The translations under genes were made by a program, and so were the position numbers. The notes under the pieces are model-generated. The model saw only the letters and a list, made by a program, of their open reading frames with translations, was not told the DNA's origin and ran no database searches. DNA of 64,000 nt, from the NCBI RefSeq assembly GCF_009914755.1, contig NC_060929.1, one strand, 5' to 3'. Source of the DNA: the human T2T-CHM13v2.0 reference genome, Homo sapiens. Positions 40,694-54,021 of the stretch are shown one piece after another. The stretch's first letter is position 1. Every line of letters begins with the position of its first letter.

Positions 40694-42439
40694 TGTATAT
40701 TTTGTGCTATCAGCATGATGCAATATTTGTGTACCCCTGAAGATTCTGTACACATTCACATCTTGGCTCTGCCCATACTTTTCCAATTTGCCTAAAATAT
40801 CGTTCACATTCTTCTTCAATCACATTGTTCTGGTTCTTCAACATTTATCTCAGCTTTCACCTACTGACTTCATCTCCTGCCTGAGATAGGTGTCCTTTTC
40901 CTGTGCTTCTCTTTGTCTGTATGCATTGCTATCATAACTCTTACCATTCTGTACTTCAACTGTTCATTGATTTGTCTTACTGGACAATGAGATTCTCTAA
41001 GACGAGAACATGAGGCACACTTTATCTGCTACACAAATCCCCTCACCTGATACACATCTGGCACTCTATAAATATTCATTAAAGCAATAGCTAAATAGCC
41101 AGTGCCGTTCACGTTTTGTGATCTCTACCATCATCTTCCCTCGGTTCCTTCCCTGAATCATCTTCTTGATGTGTGTATGCTAGGTTCTTTTATCTCCATC
41201 TTTGCTTTTCCTATTTCCCCATTTCACACTTTACTTTTCAGGTTTTCTAAACAGGTTATTACCTCAACATAGCCATTATAGAACTCTCTCACTCTTCTTT
41301 CTCTGAGTTCTGATTTTCACTTATATTTTTCAGTGAACCCAAAGTTCACTAATTATAGGTTCTTAGCTCTTCAAAGCATTAGTACCTCAGTAGCAAAACA
41401 AGTTCTACCTGGAGATTTCATTCATCTCAAAGTTCATCACATCTCCCTCAAGAAGTTACTAATTTAAATACACTATCACATGTTAAATTGGTTTGATGTA
41501 TTGGGAAATGATAGCACTGGTTTATTTTAAAACATGCAATATAACTGAGGCCTAACATTCATATTTTATAACATCAATTTCTTTCCCTTCCAGAGGTTAT
41601 ATCTGAATCAACAGTAATGCTTTAGAAAGAAGAGTGCTGTAATGGTAGCCAGACCATTTAAAAATATTCCCTATACTCACAAGCAAGAGCAATCTAAGTG
41701 AAAATATACCACAAAATTAACAGTTATGAATTTAATGTAAACATTTAAAAGAATGGGATATCATAGAAATCTCTTTCTAATTATCAATAGGACTATTTTT
41801 GTGTTTTTATGTTCAAAAAAAAGGACATTGCTTTAAGGCATTGATAAAAGAATAACATTTTTAAACCAAGTGATTTCAAAGCCTTGTCTAAATTACAATC
41901 TCAAAATGTCACCCATCTTTCTTATTTCTTTGGAGTCAAACTTAATTACAGGGCCTTTAAATTGATCAGACCTGATATACCAGGAGGATTTCCCAATATA
42001 TTTTAGCCAAGTAGAGATACACCAATGATGTGTTGAGCTGAATAATTTTAACCATCCTATCTTTTTCTGCATAAAATTGAGTTTCAGATCATGCCTTCAA
42101 CTGAGATTATAATTAATAACAACTTTTCCCTTGAAATGCTGAAATAGCATGCATTTTGCTTAGATGAATATGTTCTAGAAGCCAAGTGCCAATACAAAAA
42201 AGAGTACACAATTTGTTCTTTATGTGAGGCCACATTAATAACTGAGATTTACAGCTAATCAGTGCAAATTGTTATTATTTCCAAAATTATAAGCCTAGCT
42301 GCCTATACAATTCTACATATTTACAGTGACTTTAAAAGGATGTGTCTGATTTTAAAGCTCTGGCCTTTAAACAAAAAGGTCTTTCATTATGCCAAACAGA
42401 GAGGTGATGCTGTTGAATAAATTTATGCTGTTCTTTTAC

Positions 42440-42478
42440 GTGTGCGTGTGTGTGTGTGTGTGTGTATGTGTGTGTGTA
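42440..42478. repeat. (TG)n microsatellite, imperfect
   Basis: Read directly from the sequence. Confidence 0.9.
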
Positions 42479-43095
42479 GATACATACACTTATATATAAC
42501 ATGGAGGACTGCAATAAAAATGACTATACAATTGGGAGAAAGGTAAAATGTTACACAAATACTGTGTATATTCCTTGTCTATCCAAGGTTTCCTTCAAAA
42601 TTTAGACATTGTTTGTATCTTGTATATACCCTAAATTGCCCAATTTCACTAAATCATTTGGACTTTTTATAATTAACAGGAATATGCTACATGAGAAGCG
42701 TAACTTAAATTTTCTAATATTGTCCAAGCTGTAAACTGCTTTTAGAGGTATAATCTCTATCATTTAGCCCCATTATGTACTTTATGAAGGTATTACCTGT
42801 ATTTTATACTCTTAAAAAACAGTGAATTAAAGCATTTTTTGCCACTCGTATAGTGAAATAAGATTCTGTAACATAAGCCTAATCAAACTTAACTTAGTCC
42901 TTTTGTGATTTCCATAAAATTAAAAGATGATAATTTGACACATTAAAAAGCTGAGTGGTTTATATAGCCATAAGAAATTTGATACACATTGTAGCTTCAA
43001 CATCTATTCTCCTGGAGGAGCTTGCCATAGCAGCATGACACACAAATACTTATTTTTAAAATATATCTTAACCCCTAAACTAAAAAGTGGGTAAA

Positions 43096-43097
<2 letters not shown>

Positions 43098-43139
<42 letters not shown>
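43098..43139. repeat. (AT)21 microsatellite
   Basis: Uninterrupted AT run. Confidence 0.97.
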
Positions 43140-43142
<3 letters not shown>

Positions 43143-44140
43143 ATTAATAGAGAAATATAACTGGCCAATTAGCATTAGAAAAATGTCCAACTTCAAAAAA
43201 TAAACAAAGAAATAAAAATTTAAATAAAAGATAAAAGTGTCGGTGAGGTTTTGCTGTGTTGGACTGATAGAACTTAAATCGATAAGAAACTCAATACATG
43301 GTAATTTGACAATAATTTAAAGAAACTGATAAAAACATATACTCCTTTTAATACAGATATTCAACTTACCAGAATTTATCCTAAGAAAACAATTATAGAT
43401 GTATGTAAAGACTTAGGTTCAAATATATCTTTAGCGTTGTTGTTAATGATGGCAAAAAAAGAAATAGAAACGATCTGAGTCCAAAGATAGAAAAATAGCC
43501 AATTTACTGTTTAATAGTACAGCATTACAGACATTAAAAATAATATTGTAAGAGAATAAATTATGCCATTGAAAAATAGATATATTTAGTTAAGGGGGAA
43601 AATAAGAGCAAGAAGAAGATTGAAATTATATGTATAATATAATCCCAGTTTAGAGGCAATATAAGTTTTGTAGCTAAGACCCACTCTAGTTTGAAGCCAG
43701 ATGAATGAATTCCAGTTTGGGCTGCACCGTTGACTAGCTGTGTAACCTTTAGGATGCTATTTTAACCTTTCTGAAATTCAGTTTCCTTATCTATAAAATG
43801 GCATTAAGAAACTTTCAAATTTGCAGGGCCTTTGTAAGATTTCAAAGGAATAATTCATATATGGCTGTTAGTACAATGCATGAATAAAGTGGGTATTCAG
43901 TATATGTTAATTTTATAATTCTTATTATATAATATGTATATTTTGTGTCATATTTTATGTTTATATTACATCTGTATAATATGCATATTTTATACTAAAT
44001 GTATGTTTATGACCAAACATTCACTGAAACTGTTAAAATGACAGTTTCTTAGAGGTAGGATTCTGAATGGTTATTTCATATACACCTGGATTTTTCTTCA
44101 GTGAATACATATAACTTCTGTAACAGGGAAAAAATAAAAT
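43140..44140 (+). mobile_element. L1ME-type 3' fragment interrupted by MIR
   Basis: ctggccaattagcattagaaaaatg...agaatttatcctaagaaa...aataatattgtaagagaata; the tail resumes after the MIR. Confidence 0.65.
43655..43920 (+). mobile_element. MIR SINE
   Basis: actagctgtgtaacctttagg...tttaacctttctgaaattcagtttccttatctataaaatgg. Confidence 0.85.
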
Positions 44141-44169
44141 TATATAGGAAAGATTAAGCTAGAAGCTCC

Positions 44170-44522
44170 AGCAGCAATATCCAAACACTGAAAGTTCAGG
44201 GTCTTATTTCTTGTTTCTGCAGTCTCCACGGGTTAGGTGGCTCTCCAGAGAGGTGCCTGCCAAACAGTGATGTGAGTCTGTCTGCATCATAAAGCAGCAG
44301 TACCTAGAACATGAGATTTCTAGACCTCTATAGCAGCAGCAGTGAGCTAGAGGGCTCTCTGGGGACTTTGCACTGCTTCTGCCCAGAGGTAATACATGTT
44401 CCTTCCACTCCCAATCCATTAGCCACACCAGTCACTTGGCCCTTCCCATGTGCAAGGGGGTTGCAGCAGGGGCGGTGGGGGGACACATGGATATGTGATG
44501 AAGATTAAATGTCTCTCCCACA
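44170..44522 (-). mobile_element. Old MaLR LTR (MLT1N/O-like)
   Basis: ttccactcccaatccattagccacaccagtcacttggcc...tgcaagggg...ggatatgtgatgaagattaaatgtctctcccaca. Confidence 0.55.
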
Positions 44523-45349
44523 AAAAAGCGAAATCTAAAAGAAAACTAAATTAATAGATTTTACTCAAATCAGACATTATTTCATGACTTCACTTGGCAA
44601 TTTTGATTTCATGAATCTTTCAAAGAGAGTACAGGTTACAAAAGCTCTTTAACTTTTTCCCTAGACAGACCTTCCACAGCAGCTGCAGTTGAAGACCAGA
44701 ATTAAACAGGCACACAGGAGAGACTATTCTAGGACCTGCCTCTCACCAACGTGCAGTATGACTCCAAAATACGAGTCAGTACACATCTTATTGTGGCATA
44801 AATCTAAATGTCATAGAATACTTATTTTTGCAGCTTTTTCATGGAATGCTTGGTAAAATAAAGACAAATAAACATATTCACAGAATGAATTATAATTCCA
44901 TGTCAGCTTAGCTCTTTTCAGCTTTGGTGAAAAGCATAGATGTAGCAGAAGTGGGGTGAAATTTATACTTTTTAGTAATTGATGCTTATAACTACTGTCT
45001 GAGATAAGTACGGTTGTACTCAGTCTAAAGGCATGAGACTTATCCAAGTTAGTAAGTAATCAAACTGGGTTTTGAACAGACCTAGGTGCTCAACAATTTT
45101 GTACGCAACCTTCCTGCAATCAAGTTGGGGGTAAGAAGGAACAGCAATACTATTGTTTCATTTTAACTAAAACAGAGAACTGGGAGCCCTTCTCAACTAC
45201 TCTGGGAAAAACTGGGCCATGTTACTGCAGTCAGTCTCTCAGTCAGAAGAACCCAAGAAAATTGCCTTGTGGGAGTAACTACAAAGGAAAATGAAACAAT
45301 GCCTGCTACTCCAGTTTATTTTTAACAAAATGAATTCATTTTCATAAAC

Positions 45350-45530
45350 GGTAGCATTATGTGTAGCACTATATGATTAGAGGAGACTGAACTTGTAGCC
45401 AGACTGTTCCGAGATTGAATCCTCACTTCACTACCAGGTAACTTACATAAATCACTTAACATTTCTAAAGCTCATTGTCCTTATTAGAAAGTGTGAACAA
45501 AAATAATTTGAAATCTATGTCATAGGGTGT
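45350..45530 (+). mobile_element. MIR fragment
   Basis: gattgaatcctcacttcactacc...aaatcacttaacatttctaaagctcattgtcc...catagggtgttgg. Confidence 0.65.
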
Positions 45531-48344
45531 TGGTGTCATACATTTTATCATCAGATAAATTTAAAAATAAATGAAAACTGAAAATACCACCTTGGATCTT
45601 TGGAGGGACTCTGCAACATTGGTGACACCAGTGTTCCTGGCCTGATCCTCCATAGGATGGGATTGTTGAAAATTGAATAAAGTTGATGGTAATTGCTACA
45701 TTTATTTCTATTTTCTGGACTTCTGTTTCTAGAGCTCACGGATCTATCCTAGACCCTAGAAGAGACTACTGTGCACTGGCACATAGACACTTTGACTGCA
45801 ACGATGGATAGGAAGTTTTACTGATGAGAAGGAACATTCGGACATAGACAGGTTAAGTAATTTTCCCAATTGCAACATATTTCAGAGTTGACAAAAGTCT
45901 AATCATGCTTCTCTCCTTGGACTCCCTAAGTAGGTCAAAGATATCATCATCCTACAAGTTTCTGAGCTAGAAATGTCCCTGCCATCATCCTTCAACTCCT
46001 TCCATCACCAAATGTTATCTGAAGCAAAAGTCGGATCATGCCACCGAAAATCCTCATATGTATCTGAATGCTTATTGGAGGAAGTATAGACAAATGGGCA
46101 GATAATTCATTCATCACACTCTTCTCACTGCAGCCTCAGAGATGCAAGGTCTACAGGTACAACAACTTTGCAGAGGCTAGAAAAAGAGGATCATCTCAGC
46201 AAAGGGCAGCGGCAGTATACCCTGCCCACATGAATGTTAACAAACCACGTTGTGAGTCTCTCATTTCATTGGTTTTCCATTACTCTATTGCTTAGTCATA
46301 AGGCCCACTCATCCTTTGGCAGCAGTTTACAGAGTTCTCTTTCCTCCAGCATCTCCTGGGAAGTGATGTGAGCCACACTCTGCAGGTCAGAGTCAGAGGT
46401 GATCAGAGCTCAAGGTCACACAGCCAGTCAGTAGTGAGTGGCAGAGTTAGAAGTACAGCCAGCTTGGGCTGTATCTCCAGGACTCTTTTCTCTGTGTCGA
46501 CCATGTTAAAGTAACCCTTTGTGGCTAGTCATTCAAGATCATTGAAAGCGCCAAGCACTAAGAAAACATTAAAAGAAAATACAATGTTTCTTACATTTCT
46601 CTCTTGCAAGGAAGGAAGATTCATCAATATTTATTCTAAATCAGGATCGAGGATAAAAGAGTTTAGCAAAAAAGAGAATATAGAAAAGAGAATCCCCCAA
46701 AATATGTTTACAGCCCTTTAGGATTCATCTATAAAGGACATTATATATTGCCTTATTTAAGCTACCCTTCAACTTGGTGCAAGCATAATACTATCAATCC
46801 CACTATATAAAGGAAGAAAGCAAAGCTCTCAGAGATGAAGTGACCAATTCAGGGTACACAACCAAGCTAGGATTTGAATACGGATGTGTAGAAAAGCTAC
46901 AGGTGGAAAATAGGAAGGCCTGGATAAGAGTAGAGGGGTCTAGAGACCAGGTGCAGCAGTGGGGTCTGCTTAGCTCTGTGGGTGTGGAGGGGCTGTTGGT
47001 GCATGGTCCACTCGCTGTTTCTTCCCCCGTGATTCTGTGTGACTTCTTTAGCTCTGTGTTGCTGGTATGGAACTCCAGACTGGAGCTCACGTTCTCTGCA
47101 CTCAGCTGCCAGAGGCAGCAGTGTGCTTAAAGTGATGAAGACCATTGACTGGTTTCTTTGTGCTTTAGTGAGTTCCATATTTTTTTTTGTATGAGGTCAG
47201 TATCTCCTTTGTGTCATGTTATTACATTCAGTGGAATTCATATTCACTAATATTTGAAAAAGTCAGAGACCTCAATTAGGCAAGGAAACCCTGGGTCCAG
47301 CTGACAAATGAGATTGACCCTTATTGATTCTTTTCCTTTTCCTATGTTTCTAAACATGTCTACATTCACAGTTCCTTTTCTTCATCTTTCTATTAGAAGA
47401 GAGAGAGGTAAGAAATGGGAGCTCTCAAGAAAGATAAGAACATCAGCCGTCTAGGGCAACAGGTTGATGAGGGACAGAGGGCAGAGAGGAAACTAGGGCT
47501 TCTATCAAAGCTCACAGACATGCCCCCACCAACCTGGGTGTGGTAGAGAGCTCCAGGATAAAAATCCCAAACATTGTGATGCTGGGGCTACAGGCTGGCT
47601 TACTCCAAGAGAAGAGGCCTGCAACACTTACTCATAGCCACCTTTCCATCTGATGTGTCTTTGGGTCAAGCCTGTCCCTTGCTTTAGGGCTGAAATGCTG
47701 AACTTGTAAAAACCTCCTATCAGATATGACTTAGTCTGTCCTCAGGGAACAGGTTCCTATGGAAAGGAGCATATATAACCCTGAAGACTCGAGATCCTAT
47801 GTCCTTGTCATTCAGCAGAGGACTACTGACTGAAATATCAATTTAAGACCATATGCAGAAAAACTATCATTACTTGAGTTTTTCAGAAAGGGATTAGTAG
47901 AAATTATTTATATCCACTTTCAAAAGGAAAGAATAGAGATCTTTAAATCAACATAGGAAGTCACATTATTCATTTATAATGAATGTCTGCTGCTTGCTTA
48001 GAAAGAGGAGACTAAGAAATGGGTTCCACTCTCTAATTTTTTTTTTGCTTTCAGCATCAGTGCAGACAGAGCAAGAAGAACAAAGTCGTAGCTTTAAAAG
48101 ATAAGGTTCTGCTATTCAGTGCCAGCCTCCCAGCATTAACCTTAATCTCTCTTATTTCATGAGATCCCAGGTCCACAATTGCTGAGGATGTCAGTTTCTA
48201 GAGGAAAACAGAGCCCTGAGAGGAAAGGCCCAAAGGAAGAATATCAGAATTTAGGAAACTTCTCCAATTAATGCTCTGCCCCTCCATGGGAATTAAATAA
48301 CAATAGAGCTGGGCAGTGGGTCTTTCCTACTAAATGTTGATGTG

Positions 48345-48560
48345 AGATATAGTGGAAAGGATACTGGCTAAGTTTGGAAAGAAAATTTCCAGGTCAACCC
48401 TTTGAACAAAGTGTTAATTTCCCTAAGTTTTAGACTCCTCCTTTGAGAGGGCATCCTGCCCACAAATCTCATTGAGTTGTGTTGATCACATGGGATAATG
48501 TATATCAAGGCCCTTTTTAAATGACATAGCACTGTACCTATGTGAGCCTAACTATTAATG
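48345..48560 (+). mobile_element. MIR fragment
   Basis: tagtggaaaggatactgg...ttgaacaaagtgttaatttccctaagttt...gatcacatgggataatgtat. Confidence 0.6.
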
Positions 48561-50211
48561 TCATTGACCGTTGGACCTTAAATTCCTGGAGCTCTCAGGG
48601 CCTAAACTTAAATCTATTCCCAATGAAGCATATTACAAACCTCCTACAAAGTACCTTTGCTCCTACCTTCACCTGATGCAATACAAGCTACTTTTTCTAT
48701 TTAAAATAGCTTGTTTGCAAAGGGCTAAGGTAGCATAAGACCACCTTTCTCTTTGCAAAAGGTAATTAATCTCTTCTGTTATCCCAGATAACCCACTTTC
48801 TAGCTTGTCCCATGGAATTCCAGTGTCCCAATGCAGTCTGGGTTTGACATGAGAAGGAAAACCCAGAGGGAAGGGGATGTGAACACCAGATGTGGGGTGA
48901 GGGATCACAAGAGTTTCATAAATTCCAGGATATTCAGGTATGTGACCCTTGCCAGGCCCACCAGGCCCTCCTGTCCCCATTCTCCTTCTGGATCCACTTT
49001 GTGCCTCCTGACCCCTACTGGTGCAACATTTTTACTATCTATGCCCTTTCTTTTCTTTGTTGTTTTGTTGGTAGTTTTCTGGAGCATATACAGCAAAATT
49101 TGTGCTCTGTAGGGTATAATAGAGCAACCACAGAAGCAGACATTCTGTTCTTCTATGAGGAGGCAGGAAAAGATGCTGTGCTTTCTCCATCACCTTTGGG
49201 ATTGCTGAGCATCACTCACTCGGCCTTCCTTCCTCTGGCCTCCACCCTCCCACTGGACCCTCCCATTTTCTCATTTCCCTTTGTTTTACCCTCACCACTA
49301 GGTATCTTTCTTCCCCCAGAGTCTGGTACAAAACGGGATCCCATAGTGTCCACATAGCATCTTTTACCGCACCACTATCTTTTCTTTTCCACCCCCAGAG
49401 CACACTCAGATACTGGACCCTATTCCCCAGTCACACCCTGCTTTGTCTTTGGGCCTTACCTCCTCACCTGACTCCACACTCTCTTAGGATTACAACCTCT
49501 CTCATCAAAGTTGACACCTGACTCTCTCCCCTCAATCATGGTTTCTAGTGTTTCACTGGACTGTCTCCTCACAACCATAGTTTCATATGAGGGACTCAGC
49601 AAGGTTCAAGACAGAAAAAGACCCGGACGGGGGCCTCCTGCACAGTTTCAAGAGGAACCTAATGAAGGGTCTCAGGGCTGACTTCCAGGAGGAGATAATA
49701 AGTAAATTCTGTGAGACATTCACAAGATGATTTCTCAAGGTTCCCAAGGAATAACCTAAACAAAAGGGTTACTGAAAACACCCAACCCAAAACAGTTACT
49801 TGGGGAAGAACATGGGGCAGACCAACTAGATGAGGGTCCCAGTGGCCATGCACCCTTCATGGACTGCTGCCCACTCTACATTGTGCCATCTGGGAAGGCC
49901 CACATCCACCCAGCCACCATAAATATCTTCATCTGATCAATAATATCACAAGAATGCTTCTCTGGAGCTTTCCTTTCTTAATTTGTGTCCTCAACAGTTT
50001 CTAGAAGCTCACAGAGTGTACTTTTGGATACACCGGATATGGTGTCCACTGTGTGAGGTCCTTGAATCCAAAACATTGTTTGAGGTGAGCCAGGCCTCTT
50101 CCCCATCCCACTTTCCCTGGCTCATTTATTCATATTTCAAGAGCTGATACAATAAATGAGGCAGTGATGATTCTTGAGGTAAACCCTCAAGCAGTCTAGG
50201 GAGAAGAGGTT

Positions 50212-50310
50212 GTATCAGAGTCAGGGTTTTACAGAGAAAGAGAACCAAAAGGATGTATCGATATAGATACAGAGATAGGTAGGTAGGTAGGTAGATAGAT
50301 AGATATATAG

Positions 50311-50347
<37 letters not shown>

Positions 50348-50652
50348 ATAGATATACAGATAGATTCATAGATACATAGACAAATGAAAAGGCTTATAAT
50401 AAGAAACTGGTTCTTACCACTGTGGAGTCTAACAAGTCCTAAAGTCTGCTGTCAGCAAGCTGGAGACCAGGAGAGCTGATGATGTAAGTTTCAGTCTAAG
50501 TCTGAAGGTCTGAGAACCAGGAGAGATGATGGTGTAGTTGCAGTCTGAAAACTAGCTATCTCAAGACCCAGGAAGATCTGATGTTTTGGTGCAAGCCTGA
50601 AAGCAGAAGGAAAACAATGTCCCAGCTTAAAGGCAGTCAGGTAGGAGGAACC
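50212..50652 (-). mobile_element. MLT2B-family (ERV-L) LTR, truncated
   Basis: agtcagggttttacagagaaagagaaccaaaaggat...gtcagcaagctggagaccaggagagctgatg...gtctgaaggtctgagaaccagg...aatgtcccagctt. The U3 end is not visible. Confidence 0.88.
50270..50382. repeat. Compound (TAGG)n(TAGA)n tetranucleotide STR
   Basis: (TAGG)4 at 50276-50291, then TAGA units including (GATA)9 at 50311-50346. Confidence 0.95.
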
Positions 50653-52399
50653 TAACAACTTATACCTCACTCCCAGATCTGTGCTTATCTTCAAAGACAC
50701 ACAGGTGTGTGGTGAGGTAGTCCAACACGATGTGTGCACATGAGAGGGTGGCTACAAAAAGATCTGCCCAAAATGTCTGCACACTACCGGAAGGATTTCT
50801 TACTCTAGCTTGGCTTCTAGCCCTGGTTCCCCTTCCCCTTCCCTAACTCTTTCCCAAATAAAGAAGGCCCTCAAAAGCAGGAAAGTCTATTAGCTAAATG
50901 ATGATGGGCAGATGAGGACCTATTCCAAGAGAAAATTTTCTAGTGCTTTTTTGCCACACTCAAGGCCCAAGTGTAGGGGCAGAAGGATCAACTCCAGGAG
51001 GCATTATTCACATTTTCTAGAGTTGTATTTGAGGAGGAGCCATAAATAACAGAATGCAACAGGGATGTGGCTCCCTGGTAATCCTTGGTGATTATCCATC
51101 ACCAAGTCCTACACCCCTGCACTCAATGTTGGGGTAAACAAAGTGCATGGCTGAGCTGGCACCTTGGTATGGAGTGGGCACAGTGTCACCAAAGGGCAGC
51201 TGTTGATGCCCAAAATTCCAAGAGCCAGCTCCCATCTAAAGGGCTTGGATTCCTGGAGGCAGCCCCATGGAGGGAATCAACATGGAGCATTGAATCCAAA
51301 TCTTCAAGTTTAGTGCAAGGCCCTGGCTAGTTGAAGGGTTCCGCCTTTTGAGTCCTCTCATCTGGAAATGTCATTAGCTGTGCAAGCTGCAGCCTAAGTT
51401 ACCCTTTCAACTTGTTGGGGTCTCAAGGACATGTTTGGGTTCATTTAGAGAGGCCAGTGGCAGTTAAGAGACGCAGAATTTGCTCCCTCTCACCTCTTCT
51501 GAGAGCCCTGGCAAAGGGGTCAATGATTATCATGTCATTTTTAGAGGGCTGGGCCAGGCTTCAGTGTGAGGGAGTTTAGGCTGACAATGACAAAAGGGTA
51601 ATTTCTGAAACAATCCCTGATCTACCTGCTCACTCTGTATTATGCAATTTACCTTCAGGACACAATATCCAAGTTATTAATTTCTATACCTATTCCCTGC
51701 CAGAAGAGACACTCAGAGGCTGGAAAGGTCACTTTGCCCACCTCTCCTCCTGGAAATTCTAGGCTTCTGGTCTCAGAGTTTGTTAAAGGTATTATATTTG
51801 CATGGACCAATACAAAAGTTAAGTATCTTTAATATATGTTTATCTGGATTTTTGTGTGGGAGGGGAATGTAGCCACATGTTCCTGAGAGGGAGGGGATGG
51901 AGTGTGGGGTGGGAGGGGTGTTACTGTGTTGAAAGTTAGGGATTCACCCAAGGATAGCAGTCTCTGCCGTCTTGAGAAAAGATAAGTGGTGATGTGTGTG
52001 CTAATGTCAGAGCCTGGGTTAGAAGTACCCCAGGAGGCAACAGGACTTTTGATGAGTGGGCCAATGTGTTTGCTGAGGAAGTGAAACTTCGTGCACCACA
52101 GACTTGAGCTCTGCAGCAAAGGATGACAGCACCCTACCTCGCAGAGAGGCAGTGGAGCCACCTGCCTTTGAATGGATCATGTCGCCTCATACAGTGACCA
52201 TCTCATTTGCAACCTGGATGGACTAAAGGCCAAAGGATATTTCTAAGTATCTGACAGTGTTTACATTGCCAAACAGAGAAATGAGTCTCAATTAGTGGTT
52301 CATATTTAGTAACTTGGCATCATATTAAATGGGAACTTAGAGGCAGATTCCATTGAATTTTTAAAAATTAAGTAATTTGGTATATCTTATACCTCAGTT

Positions 52400-52520
52400 G
52401 TAGGCAAATTTATAATTTTTTATTTATTATCCCATTTAAACTTTACAACTCTTTGAAATGAATATTGCTTTCCCCTTTTTCAGAAGTAGAAACTGAGGCA
52501 CAAAGAGGCTCATATATATT
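52400..52520 (-). mobile_element. MIR fragment
   Basis: catttaaactttacaactctttgaaat...ccccttttcagaagtagaaactgaggcacaaagagg. Confidence 0.75.
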
Positions 52521-53019
52521 TGGTGGCCTAGCATAGAAAGAATCATGATTGGAAAAGCCCCTTGTAATGTGGAGAAGGATTTGGAGGAAAGTGACAGAAG
52601 ATACAATTTAAAAATATCATTTCAGGTCAAGCTCAACTACAAGCCATATCATCAGGAGGGGCTCTGAATTTTAAAGTCTAGAGTCTCACCCTTTGATCTC
52701 AATCTCTACTCCTTTCAATACATGCCCACCAAATGCCAGTTCTCCAGAAACTCTGGTCCTGTCCACGAGCAACTCATCTGCATTCTTCCTTTGCCGTGTT
52801 AGACTTCACAGTCCAGCACTTAAATAATATCTAACACACCCTTGTCCCTTTCTATTTTCATCTTTTCTGTCTGACAAAATCCCAGCTCTCTGCTTCTTCC
52901 AGACCTATCTTCTGATATGTGACTAAGACCTACTGAAATAAATCACACAATCAAGTATATTGTACCACCATAATTTTAAAATCTATAACTAACAGTCAAT
53001 TCCAACACTGTATGGTAAT

Positions 53020-53135
53020 AATTCATTCATTCATTCAATCATTCATTTCATATAAACAGTAAATATTTTCCACGTGTTTTTTGAATGCATAAATGAACAA
53101 AATAGATAAATCTCCCTGTTTGTTGGGTCTTATGT
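53020..53135 (-). mobile_element. L2 3' end
   Basis: (ATTC)n tail followed by aaatgaacaaaatagataaatctccctg. Confidence 0.6.
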
Positions 53136-54021
53136 CATTATTTCTCATTCTTAACAAAACTACTTCAAATGTTTCTCACTTTAACAAACTTCTGTTTCCC
53201 CAATCCCCTCAGAAGATGGACTGGAACCCACTTCACAGAGAAGCCAGAAGTCAGCAGGATGCAACTTTTCTTCCTCAATACTCTGTGTGTGTGTGACTTT
53301 TGGTTCATATTCATCTTCTCCAAGAATAGGGATCATATCCATTATCACACACTTCTCATGAGCAACTTGTGCTTAGCATCTAGCTTGTATTTAAGATCCA
53401 TTTGAAGAAATGAAATCATGCAGGATTTCCTCCAGATTTTTCCAGTAAAACACAGTAATCTTACTGGTAAACAACTGAGCTTTTACATAAAAAATTCTAA
53501 ATATAGCTTTCTAATGTGACATTTATGACTTTTTTCGCTGTCAAGAAAAGAAATCAAAGCTATGGGAGCATCATCCAAAGTTGTCCTGCTCATAAGAATT
53601 TGAAAAAGCAAAGCCATCCACTAATTACATGAAAAATATCCTCCTCTGGGAGAAAGCAGATTGGAATACTGGCAAGACTTTTATGTTAAATGGGGATGTC
53701 ACGTAATATCACTGTTTTTTAATGTTGGAAATCATGTTATTAGATATCTCATTTTACATTTTGATAGAATCATTAATGTTCATATTATACAATAGCTCCT
53801 GATATAAAAGTCATGGATATGGGGAAGAAGTACTTGGAAAACTTCCTGTTAGTTACTTCCAAAAACACGTGCTATGGAAGAAGACCGTTTTTAGCTAAGA
53901 ACTGTATTACAAGTTAGAGTATGAAAGGTGCATTGAAATCAGTGCTGATGAAACAGTTGTGTGATAACAAAGTCAGGGGTTACTCAATGGATAATAAAGA
54001 ATTGTGTCTGATCATCGATTC

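Larger units (their letters stand above)
38600..41090 (+). mobile_element. L2, interrupted by MLT1A0, MER47B and MSTB
   Basis: tcatcagtgatctctgatttgcaaagcccaatg...actctctctggttctcctcctatctct...gccatactgccac...ctggcac...ataaatatt. Confidence 0.72.

Noticed and set aside
48890-49357. 155 aa ORF
   Set aside because: Low-complexity composition and no known domain; a length expected by chance in 64 kb.
51889-51918. G-quadruplex-like G-runs (also C-runs near 30513-30536)
   Set aside because: Common motif with no supporting context.
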